A stretch of 64,000 nt of DNA, from the IMG/VR virus record IMGVR_UViG_3300045988_141012. One strand, written 5' to 3'. The stretch is from a virus. Made by a program: the position numbers and the translations under genes. Positions within the stretch are counted from its first letter, which is position 1; every line of letters begins with the position of its first letter. The notes under the pieces are model-generated. The model did no database searches, was not told the DNA's origin, and was given only the letters and a program-made list of their open reading frames with translations. Of this stretch, positions 10,392 through 19,247 are shown piece by piece.

Positions 10392-11479
10392 GCACCAACC
10401 TTTTTTAAATTTTTTATATGTTTTTTATGTTCATATTCGTCATAAAGAATTCTATATTCAAATAAATACTCATATATTTTATTGATAGCATCCGCAGGAC
10501 TATCCTTCTTGTCTAACAAATCATATTTGTCCCATATATAAGATACTTTTCTTATCCCATAAAACTTTTCACAACAATATCGAATATGTTCAATACTTAT
10601 ATCCTTATCGAATGCTATTATAATTTCGCAATTCAATCCAATAAGTATTTTGGCTTGTTCATCTGATATCTCATGACCACTAACTGCAACACCGGTCGGA
10701 TCATTTAAGCTATCTCTTTTTAAAACTGATTTTTCCGCTTCGAAAACGACCACATGCCCTTTTTCTTGGATACTATCTTTGTTCTCCCATAAGCCAAAAA
10801 GGTTCATTTGTTTTGGATATCCTGGTGTTATATAATATTTTTTTATATCAAATAATTCGTAATTCTCAATTGATGTCCTCATATTAAATCCAAGCAACTC
10901 ACCAGTTAACCAATATCTTAATGGAATTACATTTCGTTTATATCTATAACTATATGCAAGCCCGAATTTTTTGATAGTCCATGGCATTATTCCTTCTCTA
11001 AATAAATCAATATGAATATACGGAACAAAATCATGCAATTTGCTTTCGTTTAATATATTGAAATCAAGCACATTTTGTCTTTTTTTTCGTAGTTTAACCT
11101 TTTTAAATATATATAGGGGATCATTTTTTTTCTCTTCTTTATTTTCTTTTTTTAAAGTTAATGGAAGTCCTAATATTTTATGCAAATATTTAATCGTATC
11201 AAAAAAAGAAAATTTTTTATCTTTTAGGCTTTTATTATACTGTACAAGAGTGAGCAAATCCGAATTATCGTCAAAATACTTTTCTCTTGTATAATTTTTG
11301 CAGCCTAAATATTCATTATTTTTTATATTGATAGCCGTTTTATTATCGCCATCACAATTTGAACAACTATAATATTCTTTGGCTGGGTGGTATAATATAT
11401 GACCGCACCCAATCTCATTTAAAATAAATTCAATTTTACCTTTTTGGAAAATATATTTTTTTAACTCCAAAACGGTCAT
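10388..11479 (-). CDS. DNA primase (zinc finger + Toprim)
   Basis: CGH...CSNCDG zinc motif; Toprim Glu (VVFEAEKS) and DxD (IAFDKD). Confidence 0.75.
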   Translation of the reverse strand: MTVLELKKYIFQKGKIEFILNEIGCGHILYHPAKEYYSCSNCDGDNKTAINIKNNEYLGCKNYTREKYFDDNSDLLTLVQYNKSLKDKKFSFFDTIKYLHKILGLPLTLKKENKEEKKNDPLYIFKKVKLRKKRQNVLDFNILNESKLHDFVPYIHIDLFREGIMPWTIKKFGLAYSYRYKRNVIPLRYWLTGELLGFNMRTSIENYELFDIKKYYITPGYPKQMNLFGLWENKDSIQEKGHVVVFEAEKSVLKRDSLNDPTGVAVSGHEISDEQAKILIGLNCEIIIAFDKDISIEHIRYCCEKFYGIRKVSYIWDKYDLLDKKDSPADAINKIYEYLFEYRILYDEYEHKKHIKNLKKVGA

Positions 11480-11494
11480 ATAATACTCACCACC

Positions 11495-13027
11495 TTAAAA
11501 ATCAACAGGCACATTTGTGATACCAATTTCATGCATAATATTTCTTGACATATCATGCGAAAATACTACTTGATATCTATTAGCAGAGCCTTCTCTATTT
11601 TTAATAATAAAAGCAATTTGATAATGTTTGTCCTTGTCTAACTTAACTGGAATTTTCGTTTTGCCGTTTTTCCCTTCAAGCCTATATACTTTTAATTCTC
11701 TTTTTTCGCCAGTATATTCATCATCATATAAATCACGAATCATAATACAAGTCGAAGCGGGATCGATAATATTCTTTGACATTCCAATATTATCTTGAGT
11801 ATAGTATCTTTGTTTTACACTTCCTTTTGCTAATTGGAATGTAATAAGAATATGTAAATTCTTCGATTCGGGTTTAATTACATCATTAATTTCAACCATG
11901 TTCTGTTGCATTTCAAGCCAAGATTTGTCGCTTACATCACCAGCATCCATTTTAAATGTATCAAGAATAAAGTATTTTACACCCATACTCGAATATTTTT
12001 TTATAATTTTAATTGCATTCTTTGTCTTATATTGTTTAAAAGGAACAATTGTAAGTATATGATTTTGTGTTTGTTCTTTAATCCAATCAGCGGCTTTATA
12101 GAGCAATTCCTTTGTGTCGTCTTGATAATGTCCATCTCTGACGATATGCTTTTGTAAATCCTCTTTAATTATGTTATTTGCAACAAATATAAGAAGTTCT
12201 CTTTGCCACTTTTTTAAGTTATCTTCGTTAATCATTGCAACAACACGTTCTTTTTCTTTTATTGCAGTTGGGACTGTAGCGTTTCTAGCAAATGTAGACT
12301 TTCCTACATTGCTTAATCCCCCAACTAATGTAATAGAACCTAAGTACTGCCCACCTGTTTCTTTTGTAATCATATCCATATTATGATATGGAAGCCCGAT
12401 CGCCAGCCCCTCATCAAGTTCTTCGATTAAATCATAAATACCATCGCATATATCATAACTTTTTACATCGCAATCTATATTTACAAATATATCATTAATA
12501 AAAGCCTCCCATTCATTATAGATTTCCTCAGCCGCCATATCACAATAATCACTTAATCTATCTCTCACAGGGCAGCCACGTTTTGCTAATTTTATAACAC
12601 TATTCCACTTGCGTAATTCCTGAATATATCCATATAGATTTTCTGTATTTACATAAGCACTTGCACTTACAATGGTGTCATATCCACCATATTCTTCATA
12701 TTTGCTTCTTAATTTGGGATGTTTTTCGAGATACAAACCAACTGTAATATCATCAAGTGCATTTTTCTTTTCAATTTTTACTATATCATTTGCAATAGTC
12801 CAATACACACGCCAAATATTATTATGAAATTCTTCCAATGTTAAATTGGTTTCAAATATTGAATCTGGCTTTTTATATAAAATACTTACCACATTAGCTT
12901 CGCAAGCTTCTTTATATTCATTTATCTTCTTTACTGTCTCAATTAGCTCCTGTTCAAATGGAGTTATCTTGTTGCCTTTTGTAACATTTTTCGTTGCTAT
13001 TGTCCTCGCCGCCTTACCATAACTCAT
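11495..13027 (-). CDS. replicative DNA helicase (DnaB-like, P-loop)
   Basis: 510 aa; Walker A GGLSNVGKST, Walker B-like YFILDTF; located beside the primase. Confidence 0.7.
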   Translation of the reverse strand: MSYGKAARTIATKNVTKGNKITPFEQELIETVKKINEYKEACEANVVSILYKKPDSIFETNLTLEEFHNNIWRVYWTIANDIVKIEKKNALDDITVGLYLEKHPKLRSKYEEYGGYDTIVSASAYVNTENLYGYIQELRKWNSVIKLAKRGCPVRDRLSDYCDMAAEEIYNEWEAFINDIFVNIDCDVKSYDICDGIYDLIEELDEGLAIGLPYHNMDMITKETGGQYLGSITLVGGLSNVGKSTFARNATVPTAIKEKERVVAMINEDNLKKWQRELLIFVANNIIKEDLQKHIVRDGHYQDDTKELLYKAADWIKEQTQNHILTIVPFKQYKTKNAIKIIKKYSSMGVKYFILDTFKMDAGDVSDKSWLEMQQNMVEINDVIKPESKNLHILITFQLAKGSVKQRYYTQDNIGMSKNIIDPASTCIMIRDLYDDEYTGEKRELKVYRLEGKNGKTKIPVKLDKDKHYQIAFIIKNREGSANRYQVVFSHDMSRNIMHEIGITNVPVDF

Positions 13028-13484
13028 TTAATCGTTCATTCTTTAGGTCTTCTGTTTTTTTCTGATATGTACCACCGTTATGAGAAAGAATATCCGTGTC
13101 CATATTCTGAATGCTTTCTTGCGTCTTTTCTGCGTTCTTTAATCTCATATATATATTGGGAATATCATTTTCAATAATTTTACATATATATCTCATTTGA
13201 GAAATCTCATTAGTAAAATTTTTCCCTTGTATGCTATTTAATATTTTATTTTTGTTTATTTGAAATGCAATGAGAACAGATTTAATTGGATACTTACTTT
13301 CTCCGTTATATTCTCTATGTCCAAAATCTTTGCCATTTACAAGACCTCTTAGTTGCAAACAGGATGCTTGTTTTAATTTTTGATTTTCATCATATTTGAA
13401 AATTTCTCTTTCTATATATTTACATAAATCAAAAAATTCTTGATTTTTATTTTCCTTTTTTCTTATTTCTCTCATAAAAATCAA
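13014..13484 (-). CDS. hypothetical protein (156 aa)
   Basis: ORF track; overlaps the helicase gene start by 14 nt. Confidence 0.55.
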   Translation of the reverse strand: MIFMREIRKKENKNQEFFDLCKYIEREIFKYDENQKLKQASCLQLRGLVNGKDFGHREYNGESKYPIKSVLIAFQINKNKILNSIQGKNFTNEISQMRYICKIIENDIPNIYMRLKNAEKTQESIQNMDTDILSHNGGTYQKKTEDLKNERLNELW

Positions 13485-13538
13485 CCTCCTATTTCATGGG
13501 GACAACATATATCGTGCATATTGTCCCCATATAGAATT

Positions 13539-14678
13539 TTACGAAATAAGTTCTAATACTATTTCAGCATCTTCAACCTTACTAATTGTTGTCGGATTTT
13601 CATATCCAAGTTCTTTTGTCTTGGCAATAATAGGCTTAATCTTGTCCATATCGGACTTATTATTTTTAATATAATCTGTAATTTGTGTAACTACATCTTC
13701 AAGTTTTTTGGTTTCTTTTTTTACCTGCTCTGCTTTTGCTACTTCTTTCAACTTTTTTGCTGTTTCTAATTCTTGCTCAGCCTTTGATTGTTCAAAAGTT
13801 TTGCCTGACTTAGATTGTTCTGCTTTAATTGCATCGGTAATCGCTTTTATAAGTGCGTCTGGAGTAAATTCAATTTCAGGAACAATATCTGCGAAACGAC
13901 TTTTGCTATCAATACAATAAGAATCATCTCTAAAAGTAATCTTTCTGCTTTCTTTAGCAACTACGCCTTTCATCTTTTCATTACCTTTATTGTCTTTTTT
14001 GCCTGTTTTTTGCTGAACAATTTCTCTATCAATGGAAGCCACTCCCAAAAAATGAAGCTTTGTTTTTATTGCATTAAAATCTCTTATTGACATGTTTGTT
14101 GTCAACGAACGATACTTTTGGTCAGTAAACATATCTTCTTGGTCACGTCGTTTAACATGTCCAATAATGATAAATGAAACACCAACTCTTTTTAAATTCC
14201 ATAACTTTTCTAAAACCATATCTACAGCTTTGTCTTCACCAGCCATATAGCCACCAAAAGCAGCCTTAATTGATTTGACTGGTTTGTCGGGATTTTCACG
14301 GTTATGCATTTCAATAACCTCTGCTTTTGCGATATCAATCAATTGGTCATATGTATCAATGACAACCGTTCTCAACAATGGATATTCTGTAGTTTTATTA
14401 TCAATGATATCATCAACCACATCTTCGAAACCAATAGAATTTTCTATCTCATCATAGTCGGCAGACCATTCACGGCAATTAATATAATTAATACCTTGAA
14501 TTGCGTCTGCACCATCTTCCTTGCCGCATTCCAAAAACAAATAACCATCATTTGAACCCGTAAGCTTTTCACACATTTCCTTAATAATTGTCGTTTTACC
14601 AATTCCACTTTCTCCTATCAAGCCAATATTATAAGCCAATGGATCAATTTTAACTACATTTTTTATTCCGTATGCCAT
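13539..14678 (-). CDS. AAA/RecA-fold ATPase (Sak4-like phage recombination/replication ATPase)
   Basis: Walker A GESGIGKTT, Walker B VVIDTYD; start moved to ATG 14678 behind AAGGAG (track start 14717 has no SD). Confidence 0.7.
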   Translation of the reverse strand: MAYGIKNVVKIDPLAYNIGLIGESGIGKTTIIKEMCEKLTGSNDGYLFLECGKEDGADAIQGINYINCREWSADYDEIENSIGFEDVVDDIIDNKTTEYPLLRTVVIDTYDQLIDIAKAEVIEMHNRENPDKPVKSIKAAFGGYMAGEDKAVDMVLEKLWNLKRVGVSFIIIGHVKRRDQEDMFTDQKYRSLTTNMSIRDFNAIKTKLHFLGVASIDREIVQQKTGKKDNKGNEKMKGVVAKESRKITFRDDSYCIDSKSRFADIVPEIEFTPDALIKAITDAIKAEQSKSGKTFEQSKAEQELETAKKLKEVAKAEQVKKETKKLEDVVTQITDYIKNNKSDMDKIKPIIAKTKELGYENPTTISKVEDAEIVLELIS

Positions 14679-14761
14679 ATAAAAATCTCCTTTGTTTAAT
14701 TTGTTTTGAGGTCGCATTTTACGACCTCATTTATATTTTTTATTCGTACTTATATTTATAT

Positions 14762-15943
14762 TTACAGTCTATTTAACCAATCGTTGTCATCGTTAGATGT
14801 ACTTTTATTTTCATCTGAATCTGTATCATCATCTATCTCATTTTCATAATCCTCATCTTCTGTGCTATACATAAAATCAGGGATTAGGTCTTCTTCTTCG
14901 TATTTTCGTTCAAACTTCTGAATAACAGGAGTTTTATTACCCTCTTTATCTTCGACTAGTTTAATAACTGGCTTTCGAATAACCATTCTTTTTTCTCGAC
15001 CAGAGTTTGCAGTGCACTTTGCAAGTGCCTCTTCAAGCGTAAATACATTAATTGCAATAAGTGCTTTAATATCATCGGGAAGGTCGTCTTCTGTTGCTGT
15101 GACCAAAGCACCACCCTCAATAAGATCTCCTTCAAAAGTCACTTCTGTAACATCTTTTCTAACTTTAAATATCTTATCTATGACTTTTTGTGCAATGTCA
15201 GGTGTTGATAAATCAAGTTCGAATTCAAATGTCTTATTATACGGAATATTAGCTCTTACTTCCTTACCTTTGTATTCCTTAATATAGTCCAACACCTTTG
15301 CATAGATTGGAAGAATGCCAGTTGTCTTATCTACCTTGCCGAGACTATCTTTTGTTAATAGCATTGTCTGTGTGAATTTAGCACAATACTTACTTGAGTC
15401 ATTAACTTTAGAAAGAACAACGCTATTTATCTCCTTTTTAACTTGCAATTCATCATTATACATAGAATATTTCAAGTTGCCCTTTACATTAACAACCATT
15501 CCATCTTCAAGATTTTCATTAATATACGCAATCATGTCATATGGTGCTAGAAATTTCTTATAGTAAACCTTGCCACCCTTATCTCTCTCAATGCCTACAG
15601 TTAAGTAACAAAGATCACCCACAGATTCTAGAATTGTTTCATCAAATCTGTCTTCCCAATCAATAGTAAATTTATTACTAAAATCATCTTTGCCGTTTTC
15701 GTCCTTGCCATGAACATAAATAACATTATCTCTTTCTGCACCGTAACCACCCATAAGTTCTGCATATACAGTTCCACAAGTTTCACCACAGTACACACCA
15801 AGATTCAAACTGTTATAAATCCAATCGGATTGTCCAGCTTTTGCGTCTAACTTATATGTATAATCATTAATTTTTGCTTCTCCAATAAGCATAAACGAGT
15901 TAGACCAATTTTTTTTCTCTAGTATTTTCTTTGTTTTCGCCAT
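14762..15943 (-). CDS. putative single-stranded DNA-binding protein
   Basis: Start moved to ATG 15943 behind AGGAGG; long acidic C-terminal tail (DDDTDSDENKSTSNDDNDW); replisome context. Confidence 0.45.
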   Translation of the reverse strand: MAKTKKILEKKNWSNSFMLIGEAKINDYTYKLDAKAGQSDWIYNSLNLGVYCGETCGTVYAELMGGYGAERDNVIYVHGKDENGKDDFSNKFTIDWEDRFDETILESVGDLCYLTVGIERDKGGKVYYKKFLAPYDMIAYINENLEDGMVVNVKGNLKYSMYNDELQVKKEINSVVLSKVNDSSKYCAKFTQTMLLTKDSLGKVDKTTGILPIYAKVLDYIKEYKGKEVRANIPYNKTFEFELDLSTPDIAQKVIDKIFKVRKDVTEVTFEGDLIEGGALVTATEDDLPDDIKALIAINVFTLEEALAKCTANSGREKRMVIRKPVIKLVEDKEGNKTPVIQKFERKYEEEDLIPDFMYSTEDEDYENEIDDDTDSDENKSTSNDDNDWLNRL

Positions 15944-16114
15944 TAAAATAAAATCCTCCTTGAAATAAAAATTAACGTAATAAAATCTATCTGAACGTCC
16001 AAATGGACGGAACATAGAATTAAATTTATGTGAACTATATGAACAGTGGTTTATGGACACAAATAGTCCAAGGGTATGCTAATTCCCACCCAAACAAAAT
16101 GATAAAAATAACAC

Positions 16115-16143
16115 TTGATATTTCTGCAAAATTATGTTAGAAT
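16115..16143 (+). promoter_or_regulatory. sigma-A-type promoter (TTGATA-17-TAGAAT with TGn)
   Basis: -35 at 16115-16120, 17-nt spacer, TGT then TAGAAT at 16138-16143; points against the surrounding minus-strand genes. Confidence 0.5.
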
Positions 16144-16149
16144 ATAAAA

Positions 16150-16238
16150 GTACAGACTAATGGCATATCCCATTACGAAGTATCCTTTTATATAGGCAAT
16201 CAACTCCTCGACCAAAATTTGTTGATTGTCTATTTTTT
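16150..16238 (+). ncRNA. candidate small RNA (about 90 nt) between promoter and intrinsic terminator
   Basis: No ORF; hairpin AATGG-CATATC-CCATT, then terminator hairpin; see finding. Confidence 0.4.
16195..16238 (+). terminator. intrinsic terminator (plus-strand specific)
   Basis: GGCAATCAAC ... GTTGATTGTC stem followed by TATTTTTT; the opposite strand lacks a T tail. Confidence 0.55.
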
Positions 16239-16327
16239 ATATACCATATATAGTAGTTGACATCATCTTGAAGCTGCTATATATGGTTTTTCTTGCTGTT
16301 GAAATTTAATTTTCATTAGGTTACTAA

Positions 16328-16498
16328 TTATTCGCATACTTTTGTAAAAAACAAATACATAACATCTATGTCACATTCATTCTTTGCAATAAGCGTTGAA
16401 ACCAAATTAAACCCATAATCTGAATATTGATTTAACACTTCTTCTAATTCGCCAGTACAATAATTACTAACTTTACAACAAGTATTGTATACTTTCAA
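16328..16498 (-). CDS. possible small ORF (56 aa, TTG start)
   Basis: GAGGTGATAGA then TTG; open to TAA at 16330-16328; below the ORF-track size cut-off. Confidence 0.25.
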   Translation of the reverse strand: MKVYNTCCKVSNYCTGELEEVLNQYSDYGFNLVSTLIAKNECDIDVMYLFFTKVCE

Positions 16499-16577
16499 TC
16501 TATCACCTCTATAATCTTATCCCTACTTATAGTTTTCCAATTAGACCTTACGAACATTTTCATCATGACGCCCTATC

Positions 16578-17144
16578 TTATGACTCTAATATCCATCCTG
16601 TTCTAATCTCTTCTAGTGTTCTCGGCGTATAATCCATATACTTCATCATCGCACCGACATTGTACATATGACAAGGTTTATCATACAAAGTTCCCATTTC
16701 ATATCTAAAATGTTGTATCATATTTTCTTCAAAGCTGTTATGTACATGCCCATAAAGATGTACCCAATCATAATAATGATTTTTAAAACATGGCATTGGA
16801 TAATGACATAGAACAACTGAAACTTCATTGTCAATTTTTAGTTCCTTGTAATCTACAACCTCGACAAACAAGTTGTATAATTCTTTATTTTTTAATATTC
16901 TATTGTCATGATTTCCTTGAACTAAATGTATGTGCCCTTTTAACTGTTTAAAAATTTCAATAGTTTTGGTGGCATTGTGCCAAGATATATCTCCAAGAAC
17001 ATATACGTCATCATCAATTCCTACTACACTGTTCCAATTATCAATAATTGTTTTGTCATGTTCTTCTATATTGATAAATGGACGATTATCAAACTTTAAA
17101 ACATTCTTATGACCCAAATGTAAATCTGAAATAAAATAGTTCAT
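16578..17144 (-). CDS. calcineurin-type metallophosphoesterase
   Basis: Motifs DLHLGH, GDISWH, GNHD, GHVH. Confidence 0.85.
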   Translation of the reverse strand: MNYFISDLHLGHKNVLKFDNRPFINIEEHDKTIIDNWNSVVGIDDDVYVLGDISWHNATKTIEIFKQLKGHIHLVQGNHDNRILKNKELYNLFVEVVDYKELKIDNEVSVVLCHYPMPCFKNHYYDWVHLYGHVHNSFEENMIQHFRYEMGTLYDKPCHMYNVGAMMKYMDYTPRTLEEIRTGWILES

Positions 17145-17146
17145 GC

Positions 17147-17554
17147 TTAATTATTCTCCTTTAACAATCCACTCTTGACTAAATGCTGATGGATAATTTC
17201 TATAATCTGATTTTCTAAGAATTCATCAACATTATCTCGATCTCTAACATAATCCAATTCATCATTGATAAAATCTTCTATTATAGAAGTAAAGTCCATA
17301 TCCTCAATTGTTTTTACAATTTTCTTATGAATAAGTTCTTTATGTTCTTTTGTAAGAAATTCTTTAATATCATTCATATCAATATATTCTCCTTCTTGAT
17401 AAACTCTTTTGAACAGTTCCGTCAATTTTCTCAAATCGTCCTTGTCTAAGAGAAGGTATTTCCCAGGTGGATGTTCTTTCCTTATAGCCTGATACAAAAT
17501 ATCCATATACTCATCCCGAAACTTTTGTTCTCTATTAGATAACTCTTTACTCAT
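17147..17554 (-). CDS. hypothetical protein (135 aa, acidic, helical)
   Basis: ORF track; 2-nt gap to the phosphoesterase gene. Confidence 0.55.
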   Translation of the reverse strand: MSKELSNREQKFRDEYMDILYQAIRKEHPPGKYLLLDKDDLRKLTELFKRVYQEGEYIDMNDIKEFLTKEHKELIHKKIVKTIEDMDFTSIIEDFINDELDYVRDRDNVDEFLENQIIEIIHQHLVKSGLLKENN

Positions 17555-17566
17555 ATATTTCCTTTA

Positions 17567-18451
17567 TCACCTCTGTATATCGCATTCATGAAAATCCATA
17601 AGTATCTTATACTTATATTCTCCGAATCTTTTTCGCCAGCGTTGTTTCGTTTTTTCACTTTCCCAACTAAACGGCAACATATGATAATTGATAAGGAAAC
17701 ATATGTCTAATACTTCTAAATTTTGAGGTATTCGACTCAATACAAAATACGAACCGTATGCGTGATGGTCAAAGTAATGAGCTATGCCAAGATCATCAAA
17801 TGTTTGAGTTGACAATTTACCTAAGTCATGCATCATCGCACCGCCCAGCCAAGGATTTTCATAACCCTTTTCTTTCATTAATTTCTTAGTATTTAAACAA
17901 TGCTTGTACAAATCCATTGTGTGATGAGGATTCTTTTGGTCGAAATCTCCCATATAAGCTATTTCATTAACCAAATTTCTCACATGATTTTTAAATTCAT
18001 CATGAATAATAATCTTGCTCCACCCTTCCTCAATGAAAGGGATTTCAAATCTTCTAATTTGCTTTTCCAACACTTCATCGGGAACAGGGTGTGGTCTATT
18101 TTTATTATCTTGTTGACACCACTCGAATGGTTTCGGTATTATGTAACAAATCTTTTCTATGTCTAATCCGTTAACCTTATTTAGAATTGCCCGGCGAGAT
18201 TTCATTGTAATATTTGTTGCATCAGCTATCACATTGTATTTATTCTCCAAACGCTTTCGGATTAGTGTATGAAAAATTTCAAAGACTTCATCATTCTGAG
18301 ATTGGTCTCCGATTTCGCCGGTTAATTGTTCTCGTATCATATCAGTTGATATAATAACTGTATCAGGATTATCATTTGTAATCTGTTTTGCAATAGTAGA
18401 TTTGCCACTTCCGGACAAACCACACATAACATATAGTTTTGGTTTACTCAT
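17567..18451 (-). CDS. P-loop kinase fused to HD phosphohydrolase (polynucleotide kinase/phosphatase-like)
   Basis: N-terminal CGLSGSGKST P-loop; C-terminal HD signature (NPHHTMDLYKH ... GGAMMHDLGK ... FDHHAYG); start set to ATG 18451 behind GAGGTG. Confidence 0.7.
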   Translation of the reverse strand: MSKPKLYVMCGLSGSGKSTIAKQITNDNPDTVIISTDMIREQLTGEIGDQSQNDEVFEIFHTLIRKRLENKYNVIADATNITMKSRRAILNKVNGLDIEKICYIIPKPFEWCQQDNKNRPHPVPDEVLEKQIRRFEIPFIEEGWSKIIIHDEFKNHVRNLVNEIAYMGDFDQKNPHHTMDLYKHCLNTKKLMKEKGYENPWLGGAMMHDLGKLSTQTFDDLGIAHYFDHHAYGSYFVLSRIPQNLEVLDICFLINYHMLPFSWESEKTKQRWRKRFGEYKYKILMDFHECDIQR

Positions 18452-19247
18452 TCCTACACACCTCATTTTTTATACTGAATGTAATTAAGTTTGTCATCAC
18501 CTTTTCCATAACATCTTTTGCTTCAGTATTAATCTCCAATGGATTATTCTCCATATACTCTTGTTTATATTGTTTAATCCACTCACACGTTTCTTTTGCT
18601 AAATTTTTTGAATATTCTAATTCATAATGATAATTAGATTTAATATCGAGCAACATATCCTTATTTTTAGGGATTAAAATAGTACGGTAACTTTCGCCAT
18701 TACAATATCTTTCGATAAAATCTTTCAAACGTAAAATATGATGTAATTGTTTGGGGTCACAACCATATTTCTCAATCTTATCTACAATACTTGGATACGG
18801 ATATGTAAGAGCTTTGTACTTTTCAAATGCCATTCCGCACATACAATTAACACTTGCGTAATTGTTGTACCTTGCAATTTTTTCGGCATTATCAAGCATA
18901 GGTGCGAATAGTTCTTCATAAATTGGATTTAAAATATAATATTGAGTAAACAAAAGTTCAACAAAGTTAATATTTTGTTTCTTAAAACACTCAAACATTT
19001 TACGAATATCTTTCACATCACATAAGCAACCATTCCCCATATCAAGTGTCGTACTTACCGGTTGACGATTAAACACAATATCGTTTAATGTAGGAAGAAT
19101 TATTGCTTTTGAATCGACATCTGAACCAGAGTAATCCAACTCATAATTTTGTGAACCGTATAAAAATACACCAACAACATTGTAGCCTAACGATATAAGT
19201 TTGTCATAATGTTGTTGAATTTGATTTTGCACTTCTTGTTTAAACAT
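18444..19247 (-). CDS. Pol-beta-fold nucleotidyltransferase
   Basis: VFLYGSQNYELDYSGSDVDSKAI fits the hG[GS]-x(9-13)-DxD signature. Confidence 0.65.
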   Translation of the reverse strand: MFKQEVQNQIQQHYDKLISLGYNVVGVFLYGSQNYELDYSGSDVDSKAIILPTLNDIVFNRQPVSTTLDMGNGCLCDVKDIRKMFECFKKQNINFVELLFTQYYILNPIYEELFAPMLDNAEKIARYNNYASVNCMCGMAFEKYKALTYPYPSIVDKIEKYGCDPKQLHHILRLKDFIERYCNGESYRTILIPKNKDMLLDIKSNYHYELEYSKNLAKETCEWIKQYKQEYMENNPLEINTEAKDVMEKVMTNLITFSIKNEVCRNE

